NCBI GenBank assembly: GCA_965541585.1
Contig: CBEUCH010000005.1
Location: forward strand, 32,001-96,000
Source of the DNA: an uncultured bacterium
GTDB lineage: Bacteria > Zixibacteria > MSB-5A5 > UBA10806
Direction: 5' to 3'
DNA length: 64,000 nucleotides
In this document: positions 1 through 10,240 of the stretch, piece by piece
How positions within the stretch are numbered: the first letter of the stretch is position 1
How the letters are laid out: each line of letters opens with the position of its first letter
The notes under the pieces: model-generated
What the model was told of the DNA's origin: nothing
The model's database searches: none
The model's input: only the letters and a program-made list of their open reading frames with translations
Translations under genes and position numbers: made by a program

Positions 1-322
1 TACGGGCGTCGACCTCGACGTAATCCCGGATAATGGTGCTGGAGTCTTTCGGTAAGAAATTGCCCTCGATCACCGTATCACTCGAGGCGATGAAGTTGGT
101 GATATATTCCAGAAAGATCTCATCATCCTTGTTGACGGTGATATTGATCAGATCCAGATTCGGCACGTGAAATTGGGAAGTCGATGATGGCAGGGAAACA
201 TGCTGCTTCTCCGGTGGCTTGAACTGAGTGGTGGCCATATAGAAAATCAAAAGGAGAAAGGCAATATCGACCATTGGCGTCATGTCGATAACAATAGAGA
301 TTCTCCTTTTCTTACTCGCCAT
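1..322 (-). CDS. exbD: ExbD/TolR family biopolymer transporter (3' end outside window)
   Basis: Manual translation from ATG at 322: MASKKRRISIVIDMTPMVDIAFLLLIFYMATTQFKP. This is the ExbD TPMVDxxFLLLIF TM motif, directly downstream of exbB. Confidence 0.9.
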   Translation of the reverse strand, partial: MASKKRRISIVIDMTPMVDIAFLLLIFYMATTQFKPPEKQHVSLPSSTSQFHVPNLDLINITVNKDDEIFLEYITNFIASSDTVIEGNFLPKDSSTIIRDYVEVDAR

Positions 323-323
323 T

Positions 324-1082
324 TTACGCGCCTTCCTTTTCCTTCAAGAGTTGTATGACCTCGTATGAGGCCTCATCGATTGTGTAGTTGAAAGCGTCGA
401 CCTTGTTTACAAAGAAGTTATATGCCACAATACCGATAATGGCACTTAATAACCCGCCGGCCGTATTAATCAGCGCCTCGGAAATACCAACAGCCAACGC
501 CTCCGCATTAATAACGCCGCCGGTCCTGTGACCGGTTGCTGCGAAGGCCCTGATCATGCCGACGGTGGTTCCCAGAAGTCCCACCATAGTGGCGACCGAT
601 GCAATTGTCGAAAGGGCAATAAGGTTTCTCTCCAGAAGCGGAACCTCCAGAGCGTTTGCCTCCTCGAGCGCTCTCTGAGTCTCGGAGATCTTCTTCTCGA
701 ATTTCATGGAGCTATCGTCTTTGACGATGTTGAATCTCTCTATTCCGGCCCTCAGGATGTTGGCGATGGTGCCTTTCTGCTTATCGCAGGCGGCGAGAGC
801 GTTTTCATAATCATTCGCTTGAATGGCCATCACGACTCGCTTAAAGAATGACTGGACGGAGGCCTTCCCTGAAGCCACCCCATACAATGTGATGGATCGC
901 TCGATAATGAATCCAAAAACCAACACCAGAAGTGCGATCAGCACAATGACCAGTGGTCCGCCCTCATATATGGTGTGCATAATGGTGCCTTTGGGCTGGG
1001 CTTTGAAGATGCCATACCACATACCGAAACCCACCGCGAAGGCCACAATAAAGAGGATCGTGATAAAAATTACCTGGCGCAA
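324..1082 (-). CDS. exbB: MotA/TolQ/ExbB proton channel family protein
   Basis: LSTIASVATMVGLLGTTVGMIRAF and GISEALINTAGGL motifs; TTG start with GGAGG SD. Confidence 0.9.
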   Translation of the reverse strand: MRQVIFITILFIVAFAVGFGMWYGIFKAQPKGTIMHTIYEGGPLVIVLIALLVLVFGFIIERSITLYGVASGKASVQSFFKRVVMAIQANDYENALAACDKQKGTIANILRAGIERFNIVKDDSSMKFEKKISETQRALEEANALEVPLLERNLIALSTIASVATMVGLLGTTVGMIRAFAATGHRTGGVINAEALAVGISEALINTAGGLLSAIIGIVAYNFFVNKVDAFNYTIDEASYEVIQLLKEKEGA

Positions 1083-1158
1083 GTTGGTTGCCTCCTTTTC
1101 CTATTTTTTTTAAACAACTCTAATCATCCAATTTTCAGCTATTTCCTCTGCCAGAGCC

Positions 1159-1866
1159 CTATATCCCTCGGGCCTGCGCAAAACCCAGAATTAACCCTAC
1201 TATATTCAGCCAGAATCCAACCCCCGTCATTGTGAAAATTGCCAGCAGACTCAGCGATTCGCCAATCCCGTCGATCCCCAGCGAACCGAAGGGATGCGGG
1301 CCGCCGAAGAGTAGTATAATAAACAATACCGCGTAGAGAAGGATCGGAATATAAGTGAAACGATTGAACTTCTTAACCGTTTCCAGATATTTGTCGCCTT
1401 TATTTTTGTTTAAAACGCCCAGGATATTCAGAATTCCCGCCACGGGACAGCTTAACAGCAAAAGCGAAAAGATGATTATCGTCAATATCATGGCTATCCC
1501 GCCCCAGGCAGCATAGCTGCCGATAAATGGAAGATTCAAAAAGAAGGATATCGCCGATCCCGAGATGCCTCTGCCTGACGGATCGATCGAGTAGACCGGC
1601 AGGAAAAACGCCAGAATCAATATCGCACCGCCGATAATCGAGACCGCCTTGTCGACCGCTGTCATCGATTTGATATTCAAAATGGCCGTATCCCGATCCA
1701 ATATCGAAATCTGGCCATCGCGGGCTTTTACCTGCCTGACAAAACGCTTCTTCTCGTCGTCTGATTTCCAAAAATCCTCAACATTACCGGGATAGACGTC
1801 AAAGCCAAGGTATCTATAAATGGCATCGGAATCGGGCTTCTTATTCCCCATCTTCTCCTCCGTCAC
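1159..1866 (-). CDS. Hypothetical membrane protein (soluble N-terminus plus about 4 TM helices)
   Basis: 235-aa ORF with hydrophobic segments; 4-bp overlap with the upstream TPR gene. Confidence 0.75.
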   Translation of the reverse strand: MTEEKMGNKKPDSDAIYRYLGFDVYPGNVEDFWKSDDEKKRFVRQVKARDGQISILDRDTAILNIKSMTAVDKAVSIIGGAILILAFFLPVYSIDPSGRGISGSAISFFLNLPFIGSYAAWGGIAMILTIIIFSLLLLSCPVAGILNILGVLNKNKGDKYLETVKKFNRFTYIPILLYAVLFIILLFGGPHPFGSLGIDGIGESLSLLAIFTMTGVGFWLNIVGLILGFAQARGI

Positions 1867-3656
1867 TCCTCCCCCTGGAATCTGGTCTGCATTTCGGCCT
1901 TTCTGGCATCGGGGTTGCCAGGGTCAATCTCCAGGACTTTTTTATAATAAGTATTAGCTTCCTTGATCAAATTGCATGTATGATATGACGAAGCGATATT
2001 GAACAATACAGAAATTTCTTTTGGATCACACTTTTCGGCTTTAAGCAGGATAGGTGTCGCCTCGGTACACTTTCGAAGCTTCAGGTAACTCAGGCCAAGG
2101 TCAGGGTAGATCACGCACCGCACTGAATCGGTCAGATCGGTGCCCTGATCATTCAAGAGGTATTGGAAATGATGGATAGATTTCTGATATTTTTCATTGA
2201 ATGTATATATCTTTCCCAGCATGGAACGCATCATGGTATCCTCAGGCTTGATCTGCAGTGCCTTCTCAAATGTCACGGCAGCCAGATCATAAGCTTCCGT
2301 CTTCAGATAGCAAAACGCCAGGTTGCGATAGGCATTTACGCTGGTCGAATCCAGCCCGATCTTGCCTTTAAAGAACGGAATCGCTCCGGCATAATCCCTC
2401 TTATAATACATCGATAAACCGGCATATTCGTATGCCGCTGAGAAGGAGGAATCGAGCTCTATTGCCCTCCGGAACGAGACCAGAGCGGAGTCGAAATAGG
2501 GCGTATTCTTGACTCCCAGTTTGATCTCTACTTTACCTTTATCGAACCAGTAAAGGACGCTGTCGGGTTGCCCGAATGCCGCTTCATATCGGTTGTAAGC
2601 ATCAATCGATTTCTCATACTCTTTACCACCGGCGTAAATCCTGGCCAGGTATCCGTAGGATTCCGCTTCATGAGATCCCAGGCTAACCGCTTTTTCAAAA
2701 GACTCCGCGGCTTTCTCATCGTTTCTCAGTTTGAGATGATATATCTTAGCCAGATCAAACCAGATTTCACCGTTATCCGGCACTATTTCCATATACTTCT
2801 CGTAACAAAACGCCGCCTCTGATGGCTTTTCAGATAATTTGCATATATTAGCCAACTCAAGCCATGCCGTTGTATCGTCCGGATGGAGATCCAGATCTAT
2901 TCTGTATTCCTCAATTGCCTTCTCGACATTTCGCATCTGAATGTAGGCTTTGGCCATTTTATAGTGCAAATCCTCAACGGTGCGATCCAGCGTGGAATCG
3001 AATTCGATAGCCTTATAAAATTCTGTTATGGCGATGGAGAACACCTTATTCCGATAATTGACCTCTCCCAAGGCCAGATGATACCTGGCGTTCTTCTTGT
3101 CCTTATCTATAGCCTTCCTGAGGTTCAGGTCGGCTTCTGCATAATTCTCCATCTCTGTCTGGGCCAACCCGAGTCCGTATAAAAACTCCCCTTTTTTCTT
3201 CTTGGTTTTGATGCCCCGCTCGAAGAATTCAATTGCCCGTTCGTGATCCCCGGTATGATATGCCGACATGCCCGCTCCCAGCAGAGACTCGGCATCCTTC
3301 TTTTTCCTTGCGAGCGCCTTTTCGTAAAAACTCAGCGCCTCCTGATATTCTTCCAGATCGAAATAAAGACCGCCGGCCAGGCGATTGAGCTTAAAATGCT
3401 CAGGTTCAGTGGCCAGAGCCGTGACAGCCACTCCCACGGCTTCCTGCAGATTGCCCATTTCTTTCAATGACTTAGCCTGTTTGTAGGCATCGTCGGCGGG
3501 CCCGGCATTAGCAGCGCAAACCAAGCTCGCAATGGCAATCAGAGTCAAAAGAGATCGTTTCAGGTTACGTTGTCCTCTCCATAAAGTGAGGCCCCCTAAC
3601 AAATTAGATAAGTAAAATACCAAACGGCTCTCCAATGTCAAGGTTTTTTTAATCAC
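1863..3656 (-). CDS. Exported multi-TPR protein (true start possibly CTG at 3563)
   Basis: More than 10 TPR-like repeats (e.g. AYRNLAFCYLKTEAYDLAAVTFEKALQIKP); signal-peptide-like KRSLLTLIAIASLVCAANA. Confidence 0.85.
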   Translation of the reverse strand: MIKKTLTLESRLVFYLSNLLGGLTLWRGQRNLKRSLLTLIAIASLVCAANAGPADDAYKQAKSLKEMGNLQEAVGVAVTALATEPEHFKLNRLAGGLYFDLEEYQEALSFYEKALARKKKDAESLLGAGMSAYHTGDHERAIEFFERGIKTKKKKGEFLYGLGLAQTEMENYAEADLNLRKAIDKDKKNARYHLALGEVNYRNKVFSIAITEFYKAIEFDSTLDRTVEDLHYKMAKAYIQMRNVEKAIEEYRIDLDLHPDDTTAWLELANICKLSEKPSEAAFCYEKYMEIVPDNGEIWFDLAKIYHLKLRNDEKAAESFEKAVSLGSHEAESYGYLARIYAGGKEYEKSIDAYNRYEAAFGQPDSVLYWFDKGKVEIKLGVKNTPYFDSALVSFRRAIELDSSFSAAYEYAGLSMYYKRDYAGAIPFFKGKIGLDSTSVNAYRNLAFCYLKTEAYDLAAVTFEKALQIKPEDTMMRSMLGKIYTFNEKYQKSIHHFQYLLNDQGTDLTDSVRCVIYPDLGLSYLKLRKCTEATPILLKAEKCDPKEISVLFNIASSYHTCNLIKEANTYYKKVLEIDPGNPDARKAEMQTRFQGEE

Positions 3657-3894
3657 CTTTAACGCCTTTTTCCCGTGATTTCATGCGCCTGATGATCATA
3701 CCGCCTCGAATAATGCCGTAACCTATCAGAACCAAGCCTACCACTATTTTCATGGCACCTTGGAGGAAAATGTGGTCTCTTAAGATAAGACCGGAGAGTA
3801 TCCCAGCACCCAGAATGAAAAATATTATCGCCAGTAACAGCGTAATCCATTCCAGTACCTTCTGCGGAGCGCCGGTATTTTGTAAATTCTCCAC
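3649..3894 (-). CDS. Small 2-TM membrane protein
   Basis: 81 aa, two hydrophobic helices, basic tail, GAGGAG SD. Confidence 0.65.
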   Translation of the reverse strand: MENLQNTGAPQKVLEWITLLLAIIFFILGAGILSGLILRDHIFLQGAMKIVVGLVLIGYGIIRGGMIIRRMKSREKGVKGD

Positions 3895-3916
3895 TCTAAT
3901 AGCTCCTCACCTATTT

Positions 3917-3942
3917 ATACGTTACACGGTCGGTATTATTCC
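3917..3942 (-). promoter_or_regulatory. Candidate ECF-sigma promoter GGAAT-N16-CGTAT
   Basis: Motif in the short intergenic gap upstream of the small membrane protein/TPR/exbB cluster. Confidence 0.3.
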
Positions 3943-5067
3943 TTAAACCAATCTCTTTTTCAATCTCAAGGATGCCAATGCAATAATGGCCACACTCCAG
4001 GCGAGCAGTATTATCGCTTCCTGCCACAAATCTATAATGCTGCTGCCTCTGAGAAATAAACCCCTTATGATGGTTAAGTAATATCTCATAGGCAGAAAAT
4101 AGGTCGCCACTTGAATCGGTTCAGGCATGTTGCCTATCGGGAAGATAAACCCGGAAAGCAGAACATTGGGGATCACAAATACCTGATTGGCCCACATAGC
4201 CTGATCGGCGGTATAAGAGAAGGTGGAAATTAGAAGCCCCGCTGACAAACAGGCCAGGATAAAAGACGCCGATAATAAATACAGGGCGGCGATGGACCCC
4301 GCAAAAGCTATCTCAAACCAGGCCAGCCCCACCACCAGCACAAGTGTGATTACCATATAACCCACGAACAAAGGTGGTATGAGTTTCCCGATGAGAAGGT
4401 CAAAGGGATTGATCGGTGTTACCGCCAGCTGTTCTGCCGTGCCCTGCTCACGTTCACGGACTATCCCGAGAGTGGTGAGGTTCAAGAGCAATATCAAGGT
4501 AAGCATGCCCATGACTCCCGGAACCATAAAGTTAACCGATTTAAGCTCCGGATTGAACCAGATCCTGGGCTCAGTCTCAGGCAATACCATCGGCTGAATA
4601 CCCTGCGACGAAAGATATCCAAGGGTCAGATCGTTTGAATAGCCCCGGACTATCATCTTCGCGTAACCCGATACAATTGTAGCCAGGTTAGAATTGGTTC
4701 CATCGATATAGATACCTACCGTAGTCTCTTCGCTTCGCTTTAACAGGCGAGCAAAATCTGCCGGGATTACCATACCCAGGACCGCTTCCCCTGAATCGAG
4801 ATACGGATCTATATCGTTCTGACCATCAACAAATCCTGCTATTGTGAAATAGCCGCTGGAAACGAACCGACTTATGAAATCCCGGCTGTCGGGTGTGCGG
4901 CTTTGATCACAGATGACCATGGGGTTCTTCCTGATATCCGTCCGAGCAACGTAACCGAACACGACAAGCTGTATTATCGGGGCAATGATCAGCATTCCGA
5001 ATATTCGCCTGTCTCTTAAAAGCTGAATGAATTCCTTCCTGGCAATGAAATAGATTCTTCTCAACAT
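3943..5067 (-). CDS. ABC-2 type exporter permease (YbhR-like)
   Basis: KEFIQLLRDRR, DGTNSN, WFNPEL, IVREREQGTAEQL, LLSGFIFPI motifs. Confidence 0.92.
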   Translation of the reverse strand: MLRRIYFIARKEFIQLLRDRRIFGMLIIAPIIQLVVFGYVARTDIRKNPMVICDQSRTPDSRDFISRFVSSGYFTIAGFVDGQNDIDPYLDSGEAVLGMVIPADFARLLKRSEETTVGIYIDGTNSNLATIVSGYAKMIVRGYSNDLTLGYLSSQGIQPMVLPETEPRIWFNPELKSVNFMVPGVMGMLTLILLLNLTTLGIVREREQGTAEQLAVTPINPFDLLIGKLIPPLFVGYMVITLVLVVGLAWFEIAFAGSIAALYLLSASFILACLSAGLLISTFSYTADQAMWANQVFVIPNVLLSGFIFPIGNMPEPIQVATYFLPMRYYLTIIRGLFLRGSSIIDLWQEAIILLAWSVAIIALASLRLKKRLV

Positions 5068-6176
5068 CAGTCAAGACTCTTTTTGAATTTCAAAGAGGCC
5101 AGCCCCAGGAACACCGTGGCGTTGGCCACGAGGAAAACACCTTGCGGCCATAAAACCTCGAGGCCCACTCCCTTCAGAAAAATCCCGCGCAATATTACCA
5201 GAAAATATCGAGCCGGAACGAGATATGTGATGCCCTGGATGATCGTCGGCATGCTTGATATCGGAAATATGAAACCCGAAAGAAGAATCGACGGGAGCAG
5301 ACTTATCAGAAACGCCAGCAACTGCGAATATGCAACGTTTCTGGAAATTGCGGAAACGAACAGGCCGATACCGAGAGCGTTCGCCAGGAAAAGAATTGAA
5401 AACATGCCGACATATAATAGATTTCCCCTGATCGGCACCTTGAAAACGAAATATCCCGCGGCTACAACCAGGCAAACGTCAATAAACGAAATCAGGATAT
5501 AAGGTGCAATCTTGCCCAGAATATATTCCCATGATTTCACGGGAGATGCAGCAATCAGCTCCATCGAACCGTATTGTTTTTCTTTGACGATAGCATTGGA
5601 GGTCAATAATGCTCCGAGCAGCATCATCACTATGGCTATTATCCCCGGGATGATAAAATTCGATGATTTAAGTTCGGAATTATACCAGATCCGGGTCCTT
5701 TCGACAACCGACGGATACTCAAGATCGGTAGCCAAATCCAGACTCAGGCGGGTGAAATCAAAAAACACTGCGGCCTGATAGCCCATAGCCACGTTGGCTG
5801 TATTAGCGTCCGATCCGTTGACCAGTACCTGGACATTTCCACCGGTCTTGGAGGCGATGTCGGAGGCAAAGTCAGGTGGGATTACCAGCCCGAGTATGAT
5901 CTCATCATTCACCAGAAGCTCCTCAAGCTGCCCGTACGAATCGACCTGTTCTTTCAAAACGAAATATCCCGATGACGTGAATTTCCCGATCAACTCTCTC
6001 GATATTCGGCTTCTTGATTGATCGTAAACCGCCAGGGCAACGTTTTTGATATCGAATGTCACCCCGTACCCGTAGATGACCATTAGCATTAAGGGAAAAA
6101 AGATAACCAGAAGGAGCGAGCGCCTGTCTCGCAGGACGCTGATAAACTCTCTCTTTGCAACCGCAAGAAATCTCAT
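5067..6176 (-). CDS. ABC-2 type exporter permease (YbhS-like)
   Basis: REFISVLRDRR, NGSDANTA, WYNSEL, LLSGFIFPISSMP motifs. Confidence 0.92.
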   Translation of the reverse strand: MRFLAVAKREFISVLRDRRSLLLVIFFPLMLMVIYGYGVTFDIKNVALAVYDQSRSRISRELIGKFTSSGYFVLKEQVDSYGQLEELLVNDEIILGLVIPPDFASDIASKTGGNVQVLVNGSDANTANVAMGYQAAVFFDFTRLSLDLATDLEYPSVVERTRIWYNSELKSSNFIIPGIIAIVMMLLGALLTSNAIVKEKQYGSMELIAASPVKSWEYILGKIAPYILISFIDVCLVVAAGYFVFKVPIRGNLLYVGMFSILFLANALGIGLFVSAISRNVAYSQLLAFLISLLPSILLSGFIFPISSMPTIIQGITYLVPARYFLVILRGIFLKGVGLEVLWPQGVFLVANATVFLGLASLKFKKSLD

Positions 6177-7129
6177 CTACCGACCGATCCTGCTTTTTCG
6201 GGAGAGCGCAATACATTTATGAATGCATCCTCCAGCGACGGCGATATCTCCCTTATGGATACCTCTTCAATCCCCCGCGTCGTCAGAAACGATCTTATCT
6301 GCTCTATGTCCTCACCGTCATAATCGAGATGTATTTTGCTTCCGAAAAGCGAGCATTTGCCGAATCTTGCCTCCTCGCGACGGAGAAGATCGAAGCCAAT
6401 TCGCCAATCGGTGACAGATATTTCATATATCCGACCCGCTGTAGAGCTTTGCTTTAGAACCGAAGGGGCATCGAGTCTGATCAGCCTTCCTTCGTCTATA
6501 AGAGCTATGCGATCGCAATGTTCGGCCTCATCCATATAGTGGGTGGTTATGAATACGGTAGCTCCCGACGATGAGAGTTCGTAAATCAGGTCCCAGAAAT
6601 CTCTCCGCGAGAGGGGATCTATGCCGGCTGTCGGCTCGTCCAGAAACAAGATCGAAGGATTATGTAGCAACGCTGCTCCCAGGGCGAGCCTCTGTTTGAA
6701 TCCCCCGGAGAGGTTACCGGTCAGGTCATTCCGACGATCGACCAGATTTGACATCGAAAGCGCCCATTCGATCCTCTTGCGCCTTTCGTGTCCAGAAAGA
6801 CCGTAAATCCCGCCGAAAAACTCGAGATTTTCAGCTGCCGTGAGATCATCATATAGAGAAAATTTCTGGGACATGTAGCCGGTTATGAGCTTTATGCCGG
6901 ATCTTTCTTTCAGGATCGAATATCCTCCGACACTACCTTCTCCGGCAGTCGGTTCTATGATTCCACATAGCATCCTGATCGTCGTTGATTTACCAGCGCC
7001 GTTGGGTCCCAGGAAACCGAACACCTCCCCTTTCGCCACTTCGAAACTCATGTTGTCTACTGCGACAAAATCATCGAACTTCTTGGTCAATCCTTCGACG
7101 CAAACCGCCGGTCCATCATACGGGATCAT
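6173..7129 (-). CDS. ABC transporter ATP-binding protein (like the C-terminal half of YbhF)
   Basis: Walker A GPNGAGKST, LSGG signature, Walker B LFLDEPT, H-loop. Confidence 0.93.
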   Translation of the reverse strand: MIPYDGPAVCVEGLTKKFDDFVAVDNMSFEVAKGEVFGFLGPNGAGKSTTIRMLCGIIEPTAGEGSVGGYSILKERSGIKLITGYMSQKFSLYDDLTAAENLEFFGGIYGLSGHERRKRIEWALSMSNLVDRRNDLTGNLSGGFKQRLALGAALLHNPSILFLDEPTAGIDPLSRRDFWDLIYELSSSGATVFITTHYMDEAEHCDRIALIDEGRLIRLDAPSVLKQSSTAGRIYEISVTDWRIGFDLLRREEARFGKCSLFGSKIHLDYDGEDIEQIRSFLTTRGIEEVSIREISPSLEDAFINVLRSPEKAGSVGR

Positions 7130-7130
7130 T

Positions 7131-8039
7131 TTATTTGCCTGTTAGCTCTTGAATGAAAACGTCCTCCAGCCCGGGACTGACCTGTTCCATGACCTTTATT
7201 CTGATTCCGGAATCTTCCATCAGAGATCTCATGCCCGGAGCATCGCCCGGACTATCGAGCGTAAGGTGAAGCTTCTCACCGAAAAATATCGCTCGCCGAT
7301 GCCCGAGCTTTTGAGAAGCCAGTTCATGGGCCGATCGATTGTTGTCGGTGATAACCTCGAACAGGGCAAACTTAAATCTCGACTGCAGTTTCTGCATATC
7401 GCCCGTTATCAGACCCCGCCCCTTATGCAGAAGCATGATCTCGCCCGCTCTTTCCGCCTCATCCATGTACGGCGTTGACAGGATAATGGTAACCTCTTCA
7501 CTGAGAAGGTCATAGAGGATCTCCCAGAGCTCCCGGCGCGAGATCGGATCCACGCCCGTGGTCGGTTCATCGAGCAATAAAAGCTTCGGCGTATGTATCA
7601 GCGCGCAGCACAGTGAAAGTTTCTGCTTCATGCCGCCCGACAGCCGCGCCGCCTGCCGCCTCCTGAACGGGGCGAGGCGTGAAAAGTCCAGAAGCCTGTG
7701 AACCCTGGCCGGTCGTTCCGCCGGAGGAACCTTATATAGTGCTGCGAAAAAATCGATATTCTCTTCGACTGTTAGGACGGGATTTAATGAAAACTTTTGG
7801 GAGAGATATCCTATCTTATCCTTGATGCTTTCCGGATCTTTGATAGCATCACAACCGATTATATTCAGACTGCCTTCATCGGCAGACATGATTCCCGCGA
7901 GGATTCGCAGAAGAGTCGTCTTACCCGCCCCGTCCGGCCCCACAATGGCAAATATGATTCCCCGGCGAACAGATAAATCTACTCCCGTTAATGCTTCGGT
8001 CTTTCCGAATCGCTTCCGTAGCCCGCGAGCTTCAACCAT
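7131..8039 (-). CDS. ABC transporter ATP-binding protein (like the N-terminal half of YbhF)
   Basis: GPDGAGKTT, LSGGMKQKL, LLLDEPTTGVDP. Confidence 0.93.
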   Translation of the reverse strand: MVEARGLRKRFGKTEALTGVDLSVRRGIIFAIVGPDGAGKTTLLRILAGIMSADEGSLNIIGCDAIKDPESIKDKIGYLSQKFSLNPVLTVEENIDFFAALYKVPPAERPARVHRLLDFSRLAPFRRRQAARLSGGMKQKLSLCCALIHTPKLLLLDEPTTGVDPISRRELWEILYDLLSEEVTIILSTPYMDEAERAGEIMLLHKGRGLITGDMQKLQSRFKFALFEVITDNNRSAHELASQKLGHRRAIFFGEKLHLTLDSPGDAPGMRSLMEDSGIRIKVMEQVSPGLEDVFIQELTGK

Positions 8040-8040
8040 T

Positions 8041-8913
8041 TCAGGGAGTGACGTTGATGGTTACATCGCAGGGCATGCCCGGTTTAAGAATCCCGTCGTG
8101 ATCGTCGGTGTCGACTGTGACTGCATAAACGGTCTTGATCCTCTCATCGATGGTCTGGATGTTCTTGGGAGTAAACTCCGCTTTATCTGATATCCTCGAT
8201 ATCCTCCCGTCGAATTCCCGGTCGGGATGGGAATCAACCTTGATCCTGACGTTCTGGCCGTTTCTGATCCGGCCCAAATAAACCTCTTGAAGATAAATCC
8301 TGATATCCAGACGAGTCAGATCAGCTATGGTCAGAATCGGCTGTCCCGGGTCGACCACCTCATGCGGTTCTACGGATCTTAGAAGGACTGTGCCATCGAA
8401 AGGAGCAACGAGGAATTCATTTTCAAATACAATTTGAAGGTAATCCTTCTGAGAGATGGCCGATTGACGAGCGCTTTCGGCAGCTTCGATTGCAGCTTCG
8501 ATTCCGCTAACCGTGTCCTCCAGATCCTCCTTCTGACCAACTGTAGCCCCGCCCGAGGGAATCAGTCTTGTAACCTTCTGCAAATTGCGGATCGCCGTCT
8601 GCTTTTCGATCCCCAGCGACTTAAGATTTGCCCGGGCGCCATTGATCTGGTTCCCGGCCCGGCGAATCCTGGCCTCAATCTCTCTGTGGGTTAGTTCGCA
8701 GATGGTATCACCTTGGGATACCAAATCGCCCTCCTCGAATCTTATATAATCCACCCGGCCGCCGGTCTTGAAGCCAAGATCCACCTCGACCGCCTCAATC
8801 GTGCCGGAGAGGACTATATTACCATCTTCTTCCAACCTGTTTCTGCTCAGAAAAAGCGCTACAGAAATTGCCGCAATAATCACGACGGCCAGAGGAATGC
8901 CTAATTTTTTCAT
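8041..8913 (-). CDS. HlyD/YbhG family periplasmic adaptor
   Basis: N-terminal TM, SGTIEA, lipoyl halves, AEFTPKNIQT, LKPGMP. Confidence 0.92.
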   Translation of the reverse strand: MKKLGIPLAVVIIAAISVALFLSRNRLEEDGNIVLSGTIEAVEVDLGFKTGGRVDYIRFEEGDLVSQGDTICELTHREIEARIRRAGNQINGARANLKSLGIEKQTAIRNLQKVTRLIPSGGATVGQKEDLEDTVSGIEAAIEAAESARQSAISQKDYLQIVFENEFLVAPFDGTVLLRSVEPHEVVDPGQPILTIADLTRLDIRIYLQEVYLGRIRNGQNVRIKVDSHPDREFDGRISRISDKAEFTPKNIQTIDERIKTVYAVTVDTDDHDGILKPGMPCDVTINVTP

Positions 8914-9030
8914 AGATTATTCTCCCTTAACCGAACCAGGGCAGACGTTTCGCAACGGAGCCATCGAAGCGACTATTATTACCGGCGCTGACCTATGTCA
9001 AGCGTTTTAAAAAACGGGATTGAGCTGCAA

Positions 9031-9059
9031 TTGACAATTCTATCAAAGTCCTTTATAAT
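9031..9059 (+). promoter_or_regulatory. Consensus sigma70 promoter TTGACA-N17-TATAAT
   Basis: Perfect consensus; -10 ends 8 nt before the GTG at 9068. Confidence 0.75.
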
Positions 9060-9067
9060 TAGGTGTT

Positions 9068-9823
9068 GTGAGATTTATTTTCTTCCCGCTGACCCTTTTT
9101 GTCCTTGCCTGTTCGCCCGAAAACGAGGCTGATATCCGCTTTAACAGATTCCTGGGATCATTAAAACCTGCCAAGGATATCGGGACGATCAGTCGCCTGA
9201 CTCAGGATGGACGATCCATATATCCTGATTTCGCCCCGGGGGATAGTATCGTAATCTACAAGAGACTTCTCGTCGCCACAGCCGATGATGCTGAGGGAAG
9301 AACCGAGGAGGAATTGGTCGGCTCTTATGGCATAAACGTCTACAATAATGAGCTCTATACCCTTTCCCGAGATTACAAATACCTCCGGGCGGACAATATC
9401 GATCCATCAAGGGTGCCGCGTGGATATGGAGAGAATGTTATCATGGCACTGGAATCCCCCGACGGAAAGACTATCGCTTTTGAAAAGACAACAGGCTCCA
9501 TTCGAGATAGCCACACGATATATCTGGCGCGGGGAGATTCGATCATTCAACTGACATACGGTGATCTGCCGTGCTTTCTGGAGAGATTTTCCAATACCGG
9601 AAAATATCTTTCGGCAATCTGCGGGCGCGGTCCGACCTGGATTATCCTATTCGATCTTAAGAAGCAGGCCGCCTATAGAATCGAGAGGATTGAAAACAGG
9701 GTGGACTATTTAACTGCCTTTTCGTCCGACGATAAGATGATGGCCTTCATCAGATCGGAGAAGAGGTTTTCTTACGGATTTGATTTTTTCGGCGATGTAT
9801 GGCTTTTAAGGTTTAATGATTAA
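9068..9823 (+). CDS. Lipoprotein with TolB/PD40-like beta-propeller motifs
   Basis: Lipobox [36 protein letters not shown]. Confidence 0.7.
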   Translation: MRFIFFPLTLFVLACSPENEADIRFNRFLGSLKPAKDIGTISRLTQDGRSIYPDFAPGDSIVIYKRLLVATADDAEGRTEEELVGSYGINVYNNELYTLSRDYKYLRADNIDPSRVPRGYGENVIMALESPDGKTIAFEKTTGSIRDSHTIYLARGDSIIQLTYGDLPCFLERFSNTGKYLSAICGRGPTWIILFDLKKQAAYRIERIENRVDYLTAFSSDDKMMAFIRSEKRFSYGFDFFGDVWLLRFND

Positions 9824-9832
9824 CGCCTGATA

Positions 9833-10136
9833 TTATCCGGTTTTCACCGCAGTACCGGAAACCGCCACCATAAGCATGCCTTCTCTTATCACTTCGTAGT
9901 CGAGATCGACACCGATCACCGCCGATCCACCGACATCCTTGGCTTTTTGAATCATCTCGTCGATGGCCACTTTCCGGGCTTTGGCCAGTTCTTTCTCGTA
10001 GGCCGCCGACGATATCGGTTATGGAGGCGAAAAAATCACGAAATATATTAGCGCCCATGATTGCCTCACCGGTCACGATTCCGATATACTACTTAATCTC
10101 TGTTCCCTCAATATTGGGCGTAGTGGTTACGATCAT
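9833..10136 (-). pseudogene. ybjQ: YbjQ/UPF0145 family pseudogene
   Basis: [44 protein letters not shown], then a frameshift, then [53 protein letters not shown]. In-frame TAG at 10089-10091 and a deletion near 10001-10007. Confidence 0.85.
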
Positions 10137-10240
10137 AAGTTCCTCCCCAAAAAATATTTGTACTTCTTGCGGCCTACTTTAGGGGATGATCATGCAATAT
10201 GCAATAGATAAAACCCGGAGGTATTGTGATTTAAGCGGCG

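Noticed and set aside
10089..10091. TAG recoding (pyrrolysine or alternative code) in ybjQ
   Set aside because: The same gene also has a frameshift, and TAG ends ordinary genes here (e.g. rpsB).
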